DNA of 55,793 nucleotides from Cyclobacteriaceae bacterium. Lineage in GTDB: Bacteria > Bacteroidota > Bacteroidia > Cytophagales > Cyclobacteriaceae. The translations under genes were made by a program, and so were the position numbers. Location: assembly GCA_018063305.1 (NCBI GenBank), contig JAGPBO010000001.1, positions 1 through 55,793 of the forward strand. The letters are read 5' to 3'. The notes below the pieces were generated by a model, which ran no database searches, was not told where the DNA came from, and was given only the letters and a program-made list of their open reading frames with translations. Positions 8,986 through 18,999 of this stretch are shown in pieces (position 1 is the stretch's first letter; every line of letters begins with the position of its first letter).

Positions 8986-9066
8986 TTAACAATTAAGGTA
9001 GTGAAGAGATGAAGATCATGAAGAAACTCGTACTCTTAATTTCTTAATGCTCTTCATGGTGAAAAA
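8986..9066. repeat. Self-complementary 8-9-mer repeat element, right copy
   Basis: ACAATTAAG GTAGTGAAG AGATGAAG ATCATGAAG - spacer - CTTAATTT CTTAATGCT CTTCATGGT; clearly homologous to 8777-8830. Confidence 0.8.
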
Positions 9067-9068
9067 TC

Positions 9069-10265
9069 CTATCTCGGAAATGAAATTTTTCCCATAGAAA
9101 CACAAGGTACTTTAGAGTCCGATCCAAATTTAACCTTGCCCCCCGCTACCGTTTCATTGGCCAATATGGCAAACAACACCGCTTCCTTCGCATCGCCCGA
9201 AACACCCAACTCAATCATTTTATGAAAAGCAACTTGCGGTAATAACTCTTTTAACCATTTTACCAACAATGGATTGTGCGCTCCGCCACCACTCATAAAT
9301 AATTTCAATGATTTCTTATCCTTAATCACTTTGAGAATTGCTTCTGCTATTGTTTCGGCACTTAACCGGGTAAGCGAGGCGAGCAAATCTTCTACCGAAA
9401 TTGATTTTGTATTACTTCGCGCTTGCGCCTTTTCAACATAATCCAGATTGAATAACTCCGGGCCAATAGTTTTTGGAAACGATTTCTTAAAAAACGGATT
9501 TGATTTTAATACTTTGAGCAATGAGGGATTGTACTTGCCCGCTCCGGCCAATGCGGCATCCTTATCAAAAGAAGCATTTGGAAAACATTTTCTAACCACC
9601 TGGTCAATGAGTGTGTTCGCTGGCCCTGTGTCGGTCACAAAAACTTCTGAAGCTTTCGCTGATGCAGGCAGGAATGTGAAGTTACCAATGCCTCCCGCAT
9701 TTAGCATGATGCGATCTTCGCCTTTCTTAGAGAATAAAAGGTAATCGCCATAAACGGCAAGAGGCGCACCTTCACCACCTTTGGCGACATGCTTCTGCCG
9801 GAAATCACTAATGGTAATAATTCCGGTTTCAACCGCGAGATGATCTCCATCACCAATCTGCAACGTGGCGTTTACTTTTGCCTGTGGATACAAAAACTGA
9901 GGGGCATGAAAAACCGTTTGCCCATGTGAGGCTACCAAATCAATCTGCGAAGCTTTTAATCCCCAGGCTGCCAATGATTTTAACACCAGCTTTCCATGCA
10001 GTCTGCCAAGTTCGGCATTCAATTCGCACAAGAGTTGAAAATCGATTTCCGTTTTTGCGAATATCCGTAGAATCTTCACCTTTAATCGATGCGGGTATAC
10101 CCACGTTTTGAATTTCACCACATCTACTTTAGTGGACTTGCCGCTTTCAGAAACCCGGCATAGCGCAACATCCAGACCGTCCAAAGAAGTGCCAGACATT
10201 AACCCAATGATTAATCTCGACTTTTTTGCAGCAATCCTATTTAGTTGAGAAATATTAGTATTCAT
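9069..10265 (-). CDS. anmK: Anhydro-N-acetylmuramic acid kinase
   Basis: GLMSGTSLDGLD, SHGQT, GGEGAPL, DTGPAN and KEAVLFA. Confidence 0.96.
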   Translation of the reverse strand: MNTNISQLNRIAAKKSRLIIGLMSGTSLDGLDVALCRVSESGKSTKVDVVKFKTWVYPHRLKVKILRIFAKTEIDFQLLCELNAELGRLHGKLVLKSLAAWGLKASQIDLVASHGQTVFHAPQFLYPQAKVNATLQIGDGDHLAVETGIITISDFRQKHVAKGGEGAPLAVYGDYLLFSKKGEDRIMLNAGGIGNFTFLPASAKASEVFVTDTGPANTLIDQVVRKCFPNASFDKDAALAGAGKYNPSLLKVLKSNPFFKKSFPKTIGPELFNLDYVEKAQARSNTKSISVEDLLASLTRLSAETIAEAILKVIKDKKSLKLFMSGGGAHNPLLVKWLKELLPQVAFHKMIELGVSGDAKEAVLFAILANETVAGGKVKFGSDSKVPCVSMGKISFPR

Positions 10266-10345
10266 AAAAGAAAAGTGGATAGCGGGCAGATCATGGTGTA
10301 TCTTTCCTAAAATTTAAAGCACTCAAAAGTATTCAAATTATTGCG

Positions 10346-11329
10346 ATGAAAGGTAATTCCTTCCGAACAGAAATCCGCGTTGTACCCGGCAAACCAATCT
10401 CCCTCAAAGATCGGATTCTAACCACCGGCTCATGCTTCGCTCAACAATTTGGCGATTGGCTGTTAAGCAATAAATTTAATGTGCTCTCAAATCCATTCGG
10501 TACCACCTACAACCCGATCTCGATACATGAAAATCTTACCGATACTTTAACTAATACGTTAAATGAAACCTTATTTATTGAACAGGATACGATCTGGAAA
10601 CATTACAACTACCACTCAAACTGGTGGGCTTCTGAAAAACAAAGTCTGATCGATGCCATTCACGAACAGCAAATTTTAGTTAATCAATATTTGAAAGGCA
10701 GTAGTGTTATTATTCTTACTTATGGTACCGCCTGGGTTTATAAACATATAGCTGACCATACATTGGTATCCAATTGCCATAAAAGGCCTGCCCATTTATT
10801 TGAAAAGCGGCTGCTTACGGTTGATGAGATCATCGCATCTTTTAATGAACTCTACCATCAGATACAGGCAATAAACAAAGACGTTCGCTTTATTCTAACA
10901 GTTAGCCCGGTGCGGCATATAAAAGACACCCTCGCTTTGAACAGTGTGAGCAAAGCCACCTTGCGGTTAGCGTGTCATAATATTGTTAATCAGTTTACGC
11001 CTATTGACTATTTTCCTTCCTATGAAATGATGATGGACGATCTGCGAGACTATCGCTTCTATGACCGCGACATGATTCATCCCACCGCAGAAGCGTTTGA
11101 TTATATCAGTCAAAAATTTAGCGATCAATACTTTTCCGCTGAGGTTACTTCCTTTATTGAACACTGGAAAAGCCTTAAGCAATCCATGCAACACAAGCCG
11201 TATCATCCGCATTCATTGCAACACCAACAATTTTTAAAAGATCTGCTTACTCAATTGAAATCATTTTCTGAGGTTTCCGTTGATCAGGAAATTAAATTAG
11301 TTCAATCTCAAATTACAACCAATGCCTAA
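10346..11329 (+). CDS. GSCFA domain protein
   Basis: TGSCFA, NPFG, TYGTAW, SNCHK, TVSPVRH, YFPSYE and [13 protein letters not shown]. Confidence 0.92.
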   Translation: MKGNSFRTEIRVVPGKPISLKDRILTTGSCFAQQFGDWLLSNKFNVLSNPFGTTYNPISIHENLTDTLTNTLNETLFIEQDTIWKHYNYHSNWWASEKQSLIDAIHEQQILVNQYLKGSSVIILTYGTAWVYKHIADHTLVSNCHKRPAHLFEKRLLTVDEIIASFNELYHQIQAINKDVRFILTVSPVRHIKDTLALNSVSKATLRLACHNIVNQFTPIDYFPSYEMMMDDLRDYRFYDRDMIHPTAEAFDYISQKFSDQYFSAEVTSFIEHWKSLKQSMQHKPYHPHSLQHQQFLKDLLTQLKSFSEVSVDQEIKLVQSQITTNA

Positions 11330-13313
11330 CCGTCTTATCCGATCCACCTCGCCTTATTTACTTCAGCACGCCAATAATCCTGTGGATTGGTTTGAATGGG
11401 GAAACGAAGCGCTGCAAAAAGCACTCGATGAAGACAAACCCATATTGGTAAGCATCGGCTATTCTTCCTGCCATTGGTGTCATGTTATGGAGCGTGAGTC
11501 TTTTGAGAATGAAGACGTTGCAAAAATCATGAACGAACATTTTGTCTGCATAAAAGTAGATCGGGAAGAACGGCCGGATATTGATCAAGTTTATATGGAA
11601 GCCGTGCAAGCCATGAAACAAAATGGTGGTTGGCCCTTGAATGTATTTCTTACTCCAAAGCAACACCCTTTTTTTGGTGGCACTTACTTTCCACCTCAAA
11701 ACTGGACTCAACTATTACTACAAATCAATAAAGCATTTCTTGAAAAGCGAAAAGACATTGATGATTCGGCCTCCTCGTTAAGTGAACATTTACGCACCAG
11801 CGATTTGCAGCGATTCGCCAAGGATGAAGCGAGTGATCTAAGTCGCGAAAGCCTGACAAAAATGTTTCAGGTTCTGGAATCAAGATTTGATGCCACATGG
11901 GGCGGCCTTGAAAAGGCACCAAAATTTGTAATGCCTTCCATCTGGTTATTTCTGTTGCGCTATTATGCCGATTCTAAAAATGAACAAGCGTTGTACATGG
12001 TAACACACACCCTCAGGCAACTGGCCTTTGGTGGAATTTATGATCAGCTGGCCGGAGGCTTTTCCCGGTACTCAGTCGATAGCGAATGGTTTGCCCCCCA
12101 CTTTGAAAAGATGCTCTATGACAACGCACAACTCTTATCTCTTTATGCAGAAGCTTACTCCATAACCAACGATGAACTTTTTCGTGATGTGGCTTATCAA
12201 ACAACCGAATGGTTGAAGAATGAGATGATGCATCCGGATGGCGGGTTTTATTCTGCCCTCGATGCCGACAGTGAAGGAGTAGAAGGAAAATTTTATACCT
12301 GGACAACGGAAGAAGTAAATCAGATTTTAGGTGAGTCTGCAAATAGTTTATTGGAATACTATCAAACATCTCCGGAAGGAAATTGGGAGCACGGCCGGAA
12401 TATTTTTCGAAGAGATCCACATACAAAAAATACAACGGAAACTGCTGATCTACTCAAAGCTAAAAAACAGTTATTGGCTGTAAGAAAAAAAAGAATCCGT
12501 CCGGGGCTTGATGACAAAATTCTTACTGGCTGGAATGCTATGATGATTCAGGGATTGGTAGATGCGTATAAGGCGTTTGGAGATTCTCATTTTCTGGAAT
12601 TAGCGCTAAACAATATTTCATTTTTGGAAAGCCAGTTGGTTGTGAATGGAAAACTATCGCGGGCGTTTAAGAAGAAACCATCTGACACAGAAGGCTTTCT
12701 GGAGGATTATGCTTATCTGATTCAAGCCTACACATCGCTCTATCAGGTTACGTTTAACGAGGGGTGGCTTTACAAAGCATGTGCCTGGCGAAATTATGTG
12801 CAAGAACATTTTTATGATGCCACCGAGGGATACTTCTTCTTTTCATCCAATCAGGCGGAAGCGTTGATTGCCCGAAAGAAAGAAATCTTTGATAACGTAA
12901 TCCCCAGCTCCAATGCCATAATGGCTCGCAATCTTTTTACACTGGGCACACTATTAGATCGTGACGATTGGAAGACACAAAGTGTTGCCATGGTTTCAAA
13001 ATTAAAATCGCTTGTCGAGTCAGAGCCTGGGTATATGTGCCATTGGGCTGTCTTGCTCGCAGAGATTACTCACGCACCGGCCGAAATCGTTATATCGGGT
13101 GCGGATGCTTTGGCGGTACGGCAGGAATTGCATCGTCACTATTTGCCTTTTGCGGTTACTGTTGGCAGTCATACTAAAAGCGAGCTACCCTTACTGCAAG
13201 GAAGAGAACCAAAGACAGAAACTCTGATTTATGTTTGCAGAAATAAAACGTGTCAACTACCAGTTACTGAAGTGGCCGAAGCGATTAATCAAATCGAAGC
13301 AATTACTCGCTGA
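11322..13313 (+). CDS. Thioredoxin-domain protein YyaL/SSP411 family
   Basis: [31 protein letters not shown] and [11 protein letters not shown]. Confidence 0.93.
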   Translation: MPNRLIRSTSPYLLQHANNPVDWFEWGNEALQKALDEDKPILVSIGYSSCHWCHVMERESFENEDVAKIMNEHFVCIKVDREERPDIDQVYMEAVQAMKQNGGWPLNVFLTPKQHPFFGGTYFPPQNWTQLLLQINKAFLEKRKDIDDSASSLSEHLRTSDLQRFAKDEASDLSRESLTKMFQVLESRFDATWGGLEKAPKFVMPSIWLFLLRYYADSKNEQALYMVTHTLRQLAFGGIYDQLAGGFSRYSVDSEWFAPHFEKMLYDNAQLLSLYAEAYSITNDELFRDVAYQTTEWLKNEMMHPDGGFYSALDADSEGVEGKFYTWTTEEVNQILGESANSLLEYYQTSPEGNWEHGRNIFRRDPHTKNTTETADLLKAKKQLLAVRKKRIRPGLDDKILTGWNAMMIQGLVDAYKAFGDSHFLELALNNISFLESQLVVNGKLSRAFKKKPSDTEGFLEDYAYLIQAYTSLYQVTFNEGWLYKACAWRNYVQEHFYDATEGYFFFSSNQAEALIARKKEIFDNVIPSSNAIMARNLFTLGTLLDRDDWKTQSVAMVSKLKSLVESEPGYMCHWAVLLAEITHAPAEIVISGADALAVRQELHRHYLPFAVTVGSHTKSELPLLQGREPKTETLIYVCRNKTCQLPVTEVAEAINQIEAITR

Positions 13314-13316
13314 GGT

Positions 13317-14756
13317 ATGAAAAATTTTCTTTTGATTTTGCTCGCATTATCTTTTAGCTGTACAGTCAAAGAAATTCCGCCACCGGCACCGCTCTATCCC
13401 CTACCTGCAGACAATCAATTAGCATGGCATGCGATGGAAATGAATGCCTTCGTACATTTTACTACCAATACCTTTACAGGAAAAGAGTGGGGCTATGGTG
13501 ATGAAAGTCCTGCCATTTTTAATCCTACGCAATACGATGCCGATCAATGGGTGCGTACGTTTAAGGAAACCGGATTCAAAGGTGTGATTCTTACCTGCAA
13601 ACATCACGATGGTTTTTGTTTGTGGCCAAGCCAATACACCGAACACTCCGTTAAGAACAGTCCCTGGCTGGATGGAAAAGGTGATGTGGTACGCGATGTG
13701 ATGCGTGCCTGCAAAAGATACGAATTGAAGTTTGGCGTATATCTATCGCCCTGGGATCGCAATCAGGCAAACTATGGTTCACCAGAATATCTTGAGTACT
13801 ATCGCAATCAATTAAAAGAACTCTTCACCAAGTACGGACCCATTTTTGAAATGTGGTTTGATGGTGCCAACGGAGGCGATGGTTATTATGGCGGCAAACG
13901 CGAAAGAAGAAATATCCAAGGGGCTACGTATTACGATTGGCCAACAACACTTGCTTTGGCAAAAGACATAGAGCCTGAAATTCTTTTCTTCAGCGATGCC
14001 GGCCCCGGAGTGCGTTGGGTTGGTAATGAAAGAGGTATTGCCGGTGAAACCAATTGGAACACTATAACACCCGATACACTTTACGCTGGAAAAGCCGGGA
14101 TAGAAAAATTATTAAACACAGGCTCAGAAAACGGAATGCACTGGATACCGGCCGAGGTAGACGTATCTATCCGCAAAGGTTGGTTTTATCATGCCGAAGA
14201 AGATAGTCTGGTTAAAACGCCAGAACAATTATTTGAGATCTATCTCACTTCCGTGGGAAGAGGTTCTACCCTCTTATTAAATGTGCCGCCCGACAAACGC
14301 GGGCTGATTCATGAAAAAGATGTAGCTTCCCTGCAAGGATTTCGCAACTTGCTGGATACTGAATTTAAAACCAACCTGGCATTGAATAAAAAAGCAGAAG
14401 CGAGTTCGTATCGCGGGAAAAACAAAACCTATGCCCCCGCTAACCTCACCGATGCTAATCCAGATACCTATTGGAGTACGGATGATATCATTCTCTCTGC
14501 CAGTTTTGAAATTAATCTGGAACAAGTAAAGCCCATTCGGTACGTTATCCTTCAGGAAGATATCCGTTTAGGACAACGGGTAAAATCGTTTACCGTTGAA
14601 GTAAATAAGAACGATATTTGGCAACAAGTTTCTACAGCCACTACGATTGGTTATAAGCGAATTTTAAAATTGGATGGTATTGAAAGTGACAAAATCAGGA
14701 TCACTATCACCGCTTCAAAAGCTTGTCCGGTTATTTCGAATGTAGAAGTGTACTAG
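13317..14756 (+). CDS. Alpha-L-fucosidase (GH29) lipoprotein with C-terminal F5/8 (CBM32) domain
   Basis: Lipobox-like SFSC, KHHDGF, YLSPWD, WFDGA and SVGRGSTLLLNVPP. Confidence 0.92.
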   Translation: MKNFLLILLALSFSCTVKEIPPPAPLYPLPADNQLAWHAMEMNAFVHFTTNTFTGKEWGYGDESPAIFNPTQYDADQWVRTFKETGFKGVILTCKHHDGFCLWPSQYTEHSVKNSPWLDGKGDVVRDVMRACKRYELKFGVYLSPWDRNQANYGSPEYLEYYRNQLKELFTKYGPIFEMWFDGANGGDGYYGGKRERRNIQGATYYDWPTTLALAKDIEPEILFFSDAGPGVRWVGNERGIAGETNWNTITPDTLYAGKAGIEKLLNTGSENGMHWIPAEVDVSIRKGWFYHAEEDSLVKTPEQLFEIYLTSVGRGSTLLLNVPPDKRGLIHEKDVASLQGFRNLLDTEFKTNLALNKKAEASSYRGKNKTYAPANLTDANPDTYWSTDDIILSASFEINLEQVKPIRYVILQEDIRLGQRVKSFTVEVNKNDIWQQVSTATTIGYKRILKLDGIESDKIRITITASKACPVISNVEVY

Positions 14757-14789
14757 TTCACTAAAATAATTTGTGCAATAAATAACAGT

Positions 14790-15482
14790 ATGAAAGTTAG
14801 CCATCTATCAAAACGAGAAATCAGACATGGTGAAGCCGTTAAAGGAGTGGACATCCGGGAAGGTATTTTTAATCTTATTGTCAGTTACTTTCCCACATTT
14901 ACCAAGGACAATTATATTTCTTTGGAGGAGCTAAATAAATACAGGCGTCTTTATCTCACTACACTTGTCGAACAGGAAAAAGGAGAATTAGCCGTTATTG
15001 ATCTGGATGTGATGAGAGCCATTCAGGACAACTCCATTCTTTCTGAAAATATTGAAGAGCAAATAGATACCAAGCTAACTGTAGGGCAAAAAGTTGCTGA
15101 TCATATTGCTTCCTTCGGAGGCAGCTGGACATTTATTATTTCGTTTTTCTCCTTTCTGGTCTTATGGATCTTGATAAATGTCTGGTTCTTGTCAACCAAA
15201 CCTTTCGATCCTTATCCCTTTATTCTTTTAAACTTAATTCTTTCCTGTCTGGCAGCTATTCAAGCGCCTGTGATTATGATGAGCCAAAACCGACAAGAAC
15301 AAAAAGACAGGCAACGCGCTGAACACGACTATAAAATAAATCTAAAAGCCGAACTCGAAATAAAGTTGTTGAGTGAAAAAATTGATCATTTGCTAGTACA
15401 TCAAAACAGAAAACTTTTAGAGATTCAGGAAGTTCAGATTGACTATCTGGAGGATTTAATGAAGCAACTTAAAAGCAAATAA
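14790..15482 (+). CDS. DUF1003 membrane protein
   Basis: FGGSWTFI, FDPYPFILLNL and QAPVIMMSQNRQ. Confidence 0.9.
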   Translation: MKVSHLSKREIRHGEAVKGVDIREGIFNLIVSYFPTFTKDNYISLEELNKYRRLYLTTLVEQEKGELAVIDLDVMRAIQDNSILSENIEEQIDTKLTVGQKVADHIASFGGSWTFIISFFSFLVLWILINVWFLSTKPFDPYPFILLNLILSCLAAIQAPVIMMSQNRQEQKDRQRAEHDYKINLKAELEIKLLSEKIDHLLVHQNRKLLEIQEVQIDYLEDLMKQLKSK

Positions 15483-15600
15483 AGCGAAGCCTATCCAATC
15501 ATTCGAAGAATTAAAGACAAAAAATAAAATAACATCCACTTAGGAACGGAAGAAAAAAATAACGTGGCACCGGGCTGCACTAAAACAGTTCAATAAGATA

Positions 15601-16791
15601 TTGAAACATATCACACGCACCGTATGGATTCTATCGTGGGTAAGTCTATTTACAGACACTGCCAGCGAAATGTTATATCCGATTATGCCGATTTATTTAA
15701 AGACCATTGGTTTTTCCGTTGTGCTTATCGGCATACTGGAAGGCTTGGCAGAAGCTACGGCCGGTTTAAGCAAAGGATATTTTGGCAAACTTTCTGACAC
15801 CTCAGGCAGGCGTGTTCCTTTTGTGCAAATTGGTTATGCCTTTAGTGCTATTTCCAAACCGATGATGGCCATTTTTATTTATCCACTTTGGATATTTTCA
15901 GCACGAACGATTGACCGATTTGGCAAGGGAATCCGGACAGGTGCACGCGATGCCATTCTTTCAGACGAAGCAACCCCGGAGACCAAAGGTAAAGTTTTTG
16001 GCTTTCATCGTTCCATGGATACATTAGGGGCAGTACTGGGGCCTTCTTTGGCGCTGGTCTATTTATATTATTTTCCTCAAGACTATAAGACGCTTTTTTA
16101 TGTTGCCTTTATCCCAGGCCTACTTGCCGTATTGGCTTCGTTCTATTTAAAAGATAAACCGCAAAGCAACTTAAGACCTAAAGTATCCATATCTTTTTTT
16201 TCATTTCTACACTATTGGAAAGTAAGTCCAAAAGAATACAGAAAATTAGTTATCGGCCTTCTTATTTTCACCTTATTCAATAGTTCGGATGTTTTCTTAT
16301 TGCTTAAAGCAAAACAATCCGGGCTGGACGACACGATGGTCATTGGTATCTATATTTTCTATAATCTTATCTATGCATTATTTGCATTTCCTATTGGCAG
16401 CTTTGCCGATAAAGTTGGATTAAAAACAACTTTTTTACTAGGGCTAGTGTTATTTTCAATCGTGTATTTTGGCATGTCGATGAATACGAATATCTATTTG
16501 TTTTTTGGCCTTTTCTTTCTTTATGGAATCTATGCTTCCGCGACAGAAGGAATTTCAAAAGCGTGGATCTCGAACATCACAGATAAAAAGGACACCGCAA
16601 CAGCCATCGGAACATTTTCAGGTCTTCAAAGTATTTGTACCCTGCTGGCCAGTTCCTTAACCGGGATAATCTGGTTTCAATTCGGTGCGCCTGCAGCTTT
16701 TATATTAACTGCTCTGGTAACTCTACTTGTTGTTCTCTATATGCTAACTCTTTCCAGATTGCCACACGCTAAAGATACAACCTCAAATTAA
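15601..16791 (+). CDS. MFS transporter
   Basis: About 12 hydrophobic segments, GKLSDTSGRR motif A, DRFGKGIRTGARDA. Confidence 0.9.
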   Translation: MKHITRTVWILSWVSLFTDTASEMLYPIMPIYLKTIGFSVVLIGILEGLAEATAGLSKGYFGKLSDTSGRRVPFVQIGYAFSAISKPMMAIFIYPLWIFSARTIDRFGKGIRTGARDAILSDEATPETKGKVFGFHRSMDTLGAVLGPSLALVYLYYFPQDYKTLFYVAFIPGLLAVLASFYLKDKPQSNLRPKVSISFFSFLHYWKVSPKEYRKLVIGLLIFTLFNSSDVFLLLKAKQSGLDDTMVIGIYIFYNLIYALFAFPIGSFADKVGLKTTFLLGLVLFSIVYFGMSMNTNIYLFFGLFFLYGIYASATEGISKAWISNITDKKDTATAIGTFSGLQSICTLLASSLTGIIWFQFGAPAAFILTALVTLLVVLYMLTLSRLPHAKDTTSN

Positions 16792-16802
16792 ACGACCTAT
16801 TC

Positions 16803-17432
16803 ATGGAAATATTCGATCGCAAAAAACATTGGGAAAATATATACCAAACCAAAGAACTGAAAGAGGTAAGCTGGTTTCAACCTACTCCGGAAACTTCGCT
16901 TAACTTCTTAAAACAATTTAATACACCTGTTACTGCAAAAATCATTGACATAGGCGGTGGCGACAGTTTTTTAGTTGATCATTTACTTGACTTAGGATAT
17001 ACCGACATTACGGTGCTTGACATCTCCGCGGCAGCTATTGAACGGGCTAAGCAAAGACTTGGCGAAAAAGCGAAAAAGGTAAAATGGATTGTTGCCGATG
17101 CGGCAACTTTTAAACCTACAGAGAAATACGACTTCTGGCACGATCGAGCCGCTTTTCATTTTCTGACAGACGATCAAGAAATTTTAAATTATTTAAAAAC
17201 AGCCCAACAAAATTTAAATCCGCGAGGAATTTTTGTTATCGGTACATTTTCGGAACAAGGACCTAAAAAATGCAGCGGTATTGAAATCAAACAATATTCA
17301 GAAACAACCATGACCGAACGATTGAAAATGTTCTTCGAGAAAATAAACTGTATTACAGTCGACCATAAAACACCGTTTGGCACACTTCAGAATTTTGTTT
17401 TTTGTGGTTTCAGGAAACTTGAAATACCTTAG
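16803..17432 (+). CDS. Class I SAM-dependent methyltransferase (TPMT-like)
   Basis: IIDIGGG, LDIS, WHDRAAFHFL and GPKKCSG. Confidence 0.9.
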   Translation: MEIFDRKKHWENIYQTKELKEVSWFQPTPETSLNFLKQFNTPVTAKIIDIGGGDSFLVDHLLDLGYTDITVLDISAAAIERAKQRLGEKAKKVKWIVADAATFKPTEKYDFWHDRAAFHFLTDDQEILNYLKTAQQNLNPRGIFVIGTFSEQGPKKCSGIEIKQYSETTMTERLKMFFEKINCITVDHKTPFGTLQNFVFCGFRKLEIP

Positions 17433-17505
17433 TGCAGAATGATTCATTGAACATCAACCCTTACTGGTGAAACTTTTACAAACAAACCGTTACTGCTAAC
17501 CCATC

Positions 17506-18804
17506 ATGATTTTATTTATGCGCTATTATTTTTTAATGCTCCTAACCTGTTTGTGCTCTGCCGTTGTCGCACAACCAAAAACAGATTCATTATTAAGCAC
17601 CCTCCTATCGGCCAACAAAGCCCGTGCTTTGCAAACGGTACTTCAGCATAAAGATACTTTTCGGGTTCAAATCATTTACACGCAAATCAACCGCGATAAA
17701 AATAATGTCCCCACTTTTACCAATTACTATTTCAATGCAGATAGTAACCTATACTTCAATCCGGCTTCTACCGTAAAACTTCCTCTTGCTTTATTGAGCC
17801 TTGAAAAATTAAACAAGATGAAGATAAAGGGCGTGAACAAATACACGGCCATGCAGTTCGATAGCCTCTACGCCTGGCAGATACCCATGCTTACTGACAG
17901 TACTTCAAAAAACGGATGGCCTTCGCTGGCACATTTCATGAAGAAAGCATTTTTAATTAGTGACAATGATGCATACAACCGGATGTATCAATTTATCGGA
18001 CAACAATCGATCAACCGGAATCTGCATGCGAAAGGTTATACCAGCACACGAATTGTTCGGCAATTTATGGGATTATCAGAGAATGAAAATCGCTATACAA
18101 ACCCCATTCGTTTTATCACCCATGACGGGAAATTGATCTATCATCAGCCTCCTGCCTACAGCACCGACTCCCTCTATTTTGGAAAACCCATCAAAGTAGG
18201 CCATGCACACTATAGTAATGGCAAGCTTGTCAATGAACCAATCGATTTCACAAAGACCAATAACCTTCCCCTCGTAGATCTCCAACAAATGCTTCAGTCC
18301 GTTTTGTTTCCTATGTCGGTACCGGTAAAGCAACGCTTCGCTTTAACGAAGGATGATTATCAATTCCTGTATCAGTATCTTTCGCAATACCCATCAGAAA
18401 CGGATTATCCCAAATATGATACTACCCAATATTATGATAGCTATGTAAAATTCTATTTTAGAAATGACACGCATAAAATGCCCGACTACGTGCGGGTGTT
18501 CAATAAGGTAGGTTGGGCGTACGGCTTTTTAATTGACGTATCTTATGTGGTCGATTTTAAAAATAATGTGGAGTTTATGTTGGCCTCAACGGTTTATGTA
18601 AACAGTAATGGAATACTCAATGATAATGTGTATGAATATGAAAGTGTCGGATGGCCATTCTTGTATGAACTCGGGCAGGCCATCTATCGATACGAGATAA
18701 AACGAAATAGAAAATATACTCCCGACCTAAAGCAATTCCGGCTTCACTATGATCAACGCAATCCAAACGATACCCGGCCATCGATCAAGGATGCGGATAA
18801 TTGA
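17506..18804 (+). CDS. Secreted serine hydrolase, class A beta-lactamase-like fold
   Basis: Signal peptide, PASTVK (SxxK), SDN and NKVG. Confidence 0.8.
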   Translation: MILFMRYYFLMLLTCLCSAVVAQPKTDSLLSTLLSANKARALQTVLQHKDTFRVQIIYTQINRDKNNVPTFTNYYFNADSNLYFNPASTVKLPLALLSLEKLNKMKIKGVNKYTAMQFDSLYAWQIPMLTDSTSKNGWPSLAHFMKKAFLISDNDAYNRMYQFIGQQSINRNLHAKGYTSTRIVRQFMGLSENENRYTNPIRFITHDGKLIYHQPPAYSTDSLYFGKPIKVGHAHYSNGKLVNEPIDFTKTNNLPLVDLQQMLQSVLFPMSVPVKQRFALTKDDYQFLYQYLSQYPSETDYPKYDTTQYYDSYVKFYFRNDTHKMPDYVRVFNKVGWAYGFLIDVSYVVDFKNNVEFMLASTVYVNSNGILNDNVYEYESVGWPFLYELGQAIYRYEIKRNRKYTPDLKQFRLHYDQRNPNDTRPSIKDADN

Positions 18805-18999
18805 TTGAATCGTACACGGGCAAAGCTGAAAGTACCTATTAAAATTATACCTGGTACCACGAGTGTGAGACGAGGTCCCAGAGTCAAGACTGTCGAAACT
18901 ACTGCATCACACAAAAGTGAATGAGCTTGTCTATTTCAATATGCCAGGAGTTTTTTCTTTTTAAATATTACAAATTTAGACTATAGAGTTAAGGTATTT

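Noticed and set aside
5796-9066. Short repeats considered as a CRISPR array
   Set aside because: Units are 7-9 nt, degenerate and lack unique spacers; no cas genes are present.
15565-15579. Sigma54-like TGGCAC...TGCA upstream of the MFS gene
   Set aside because: GG-to-GC spacing is one base short of the strict -24/-12 requirement.
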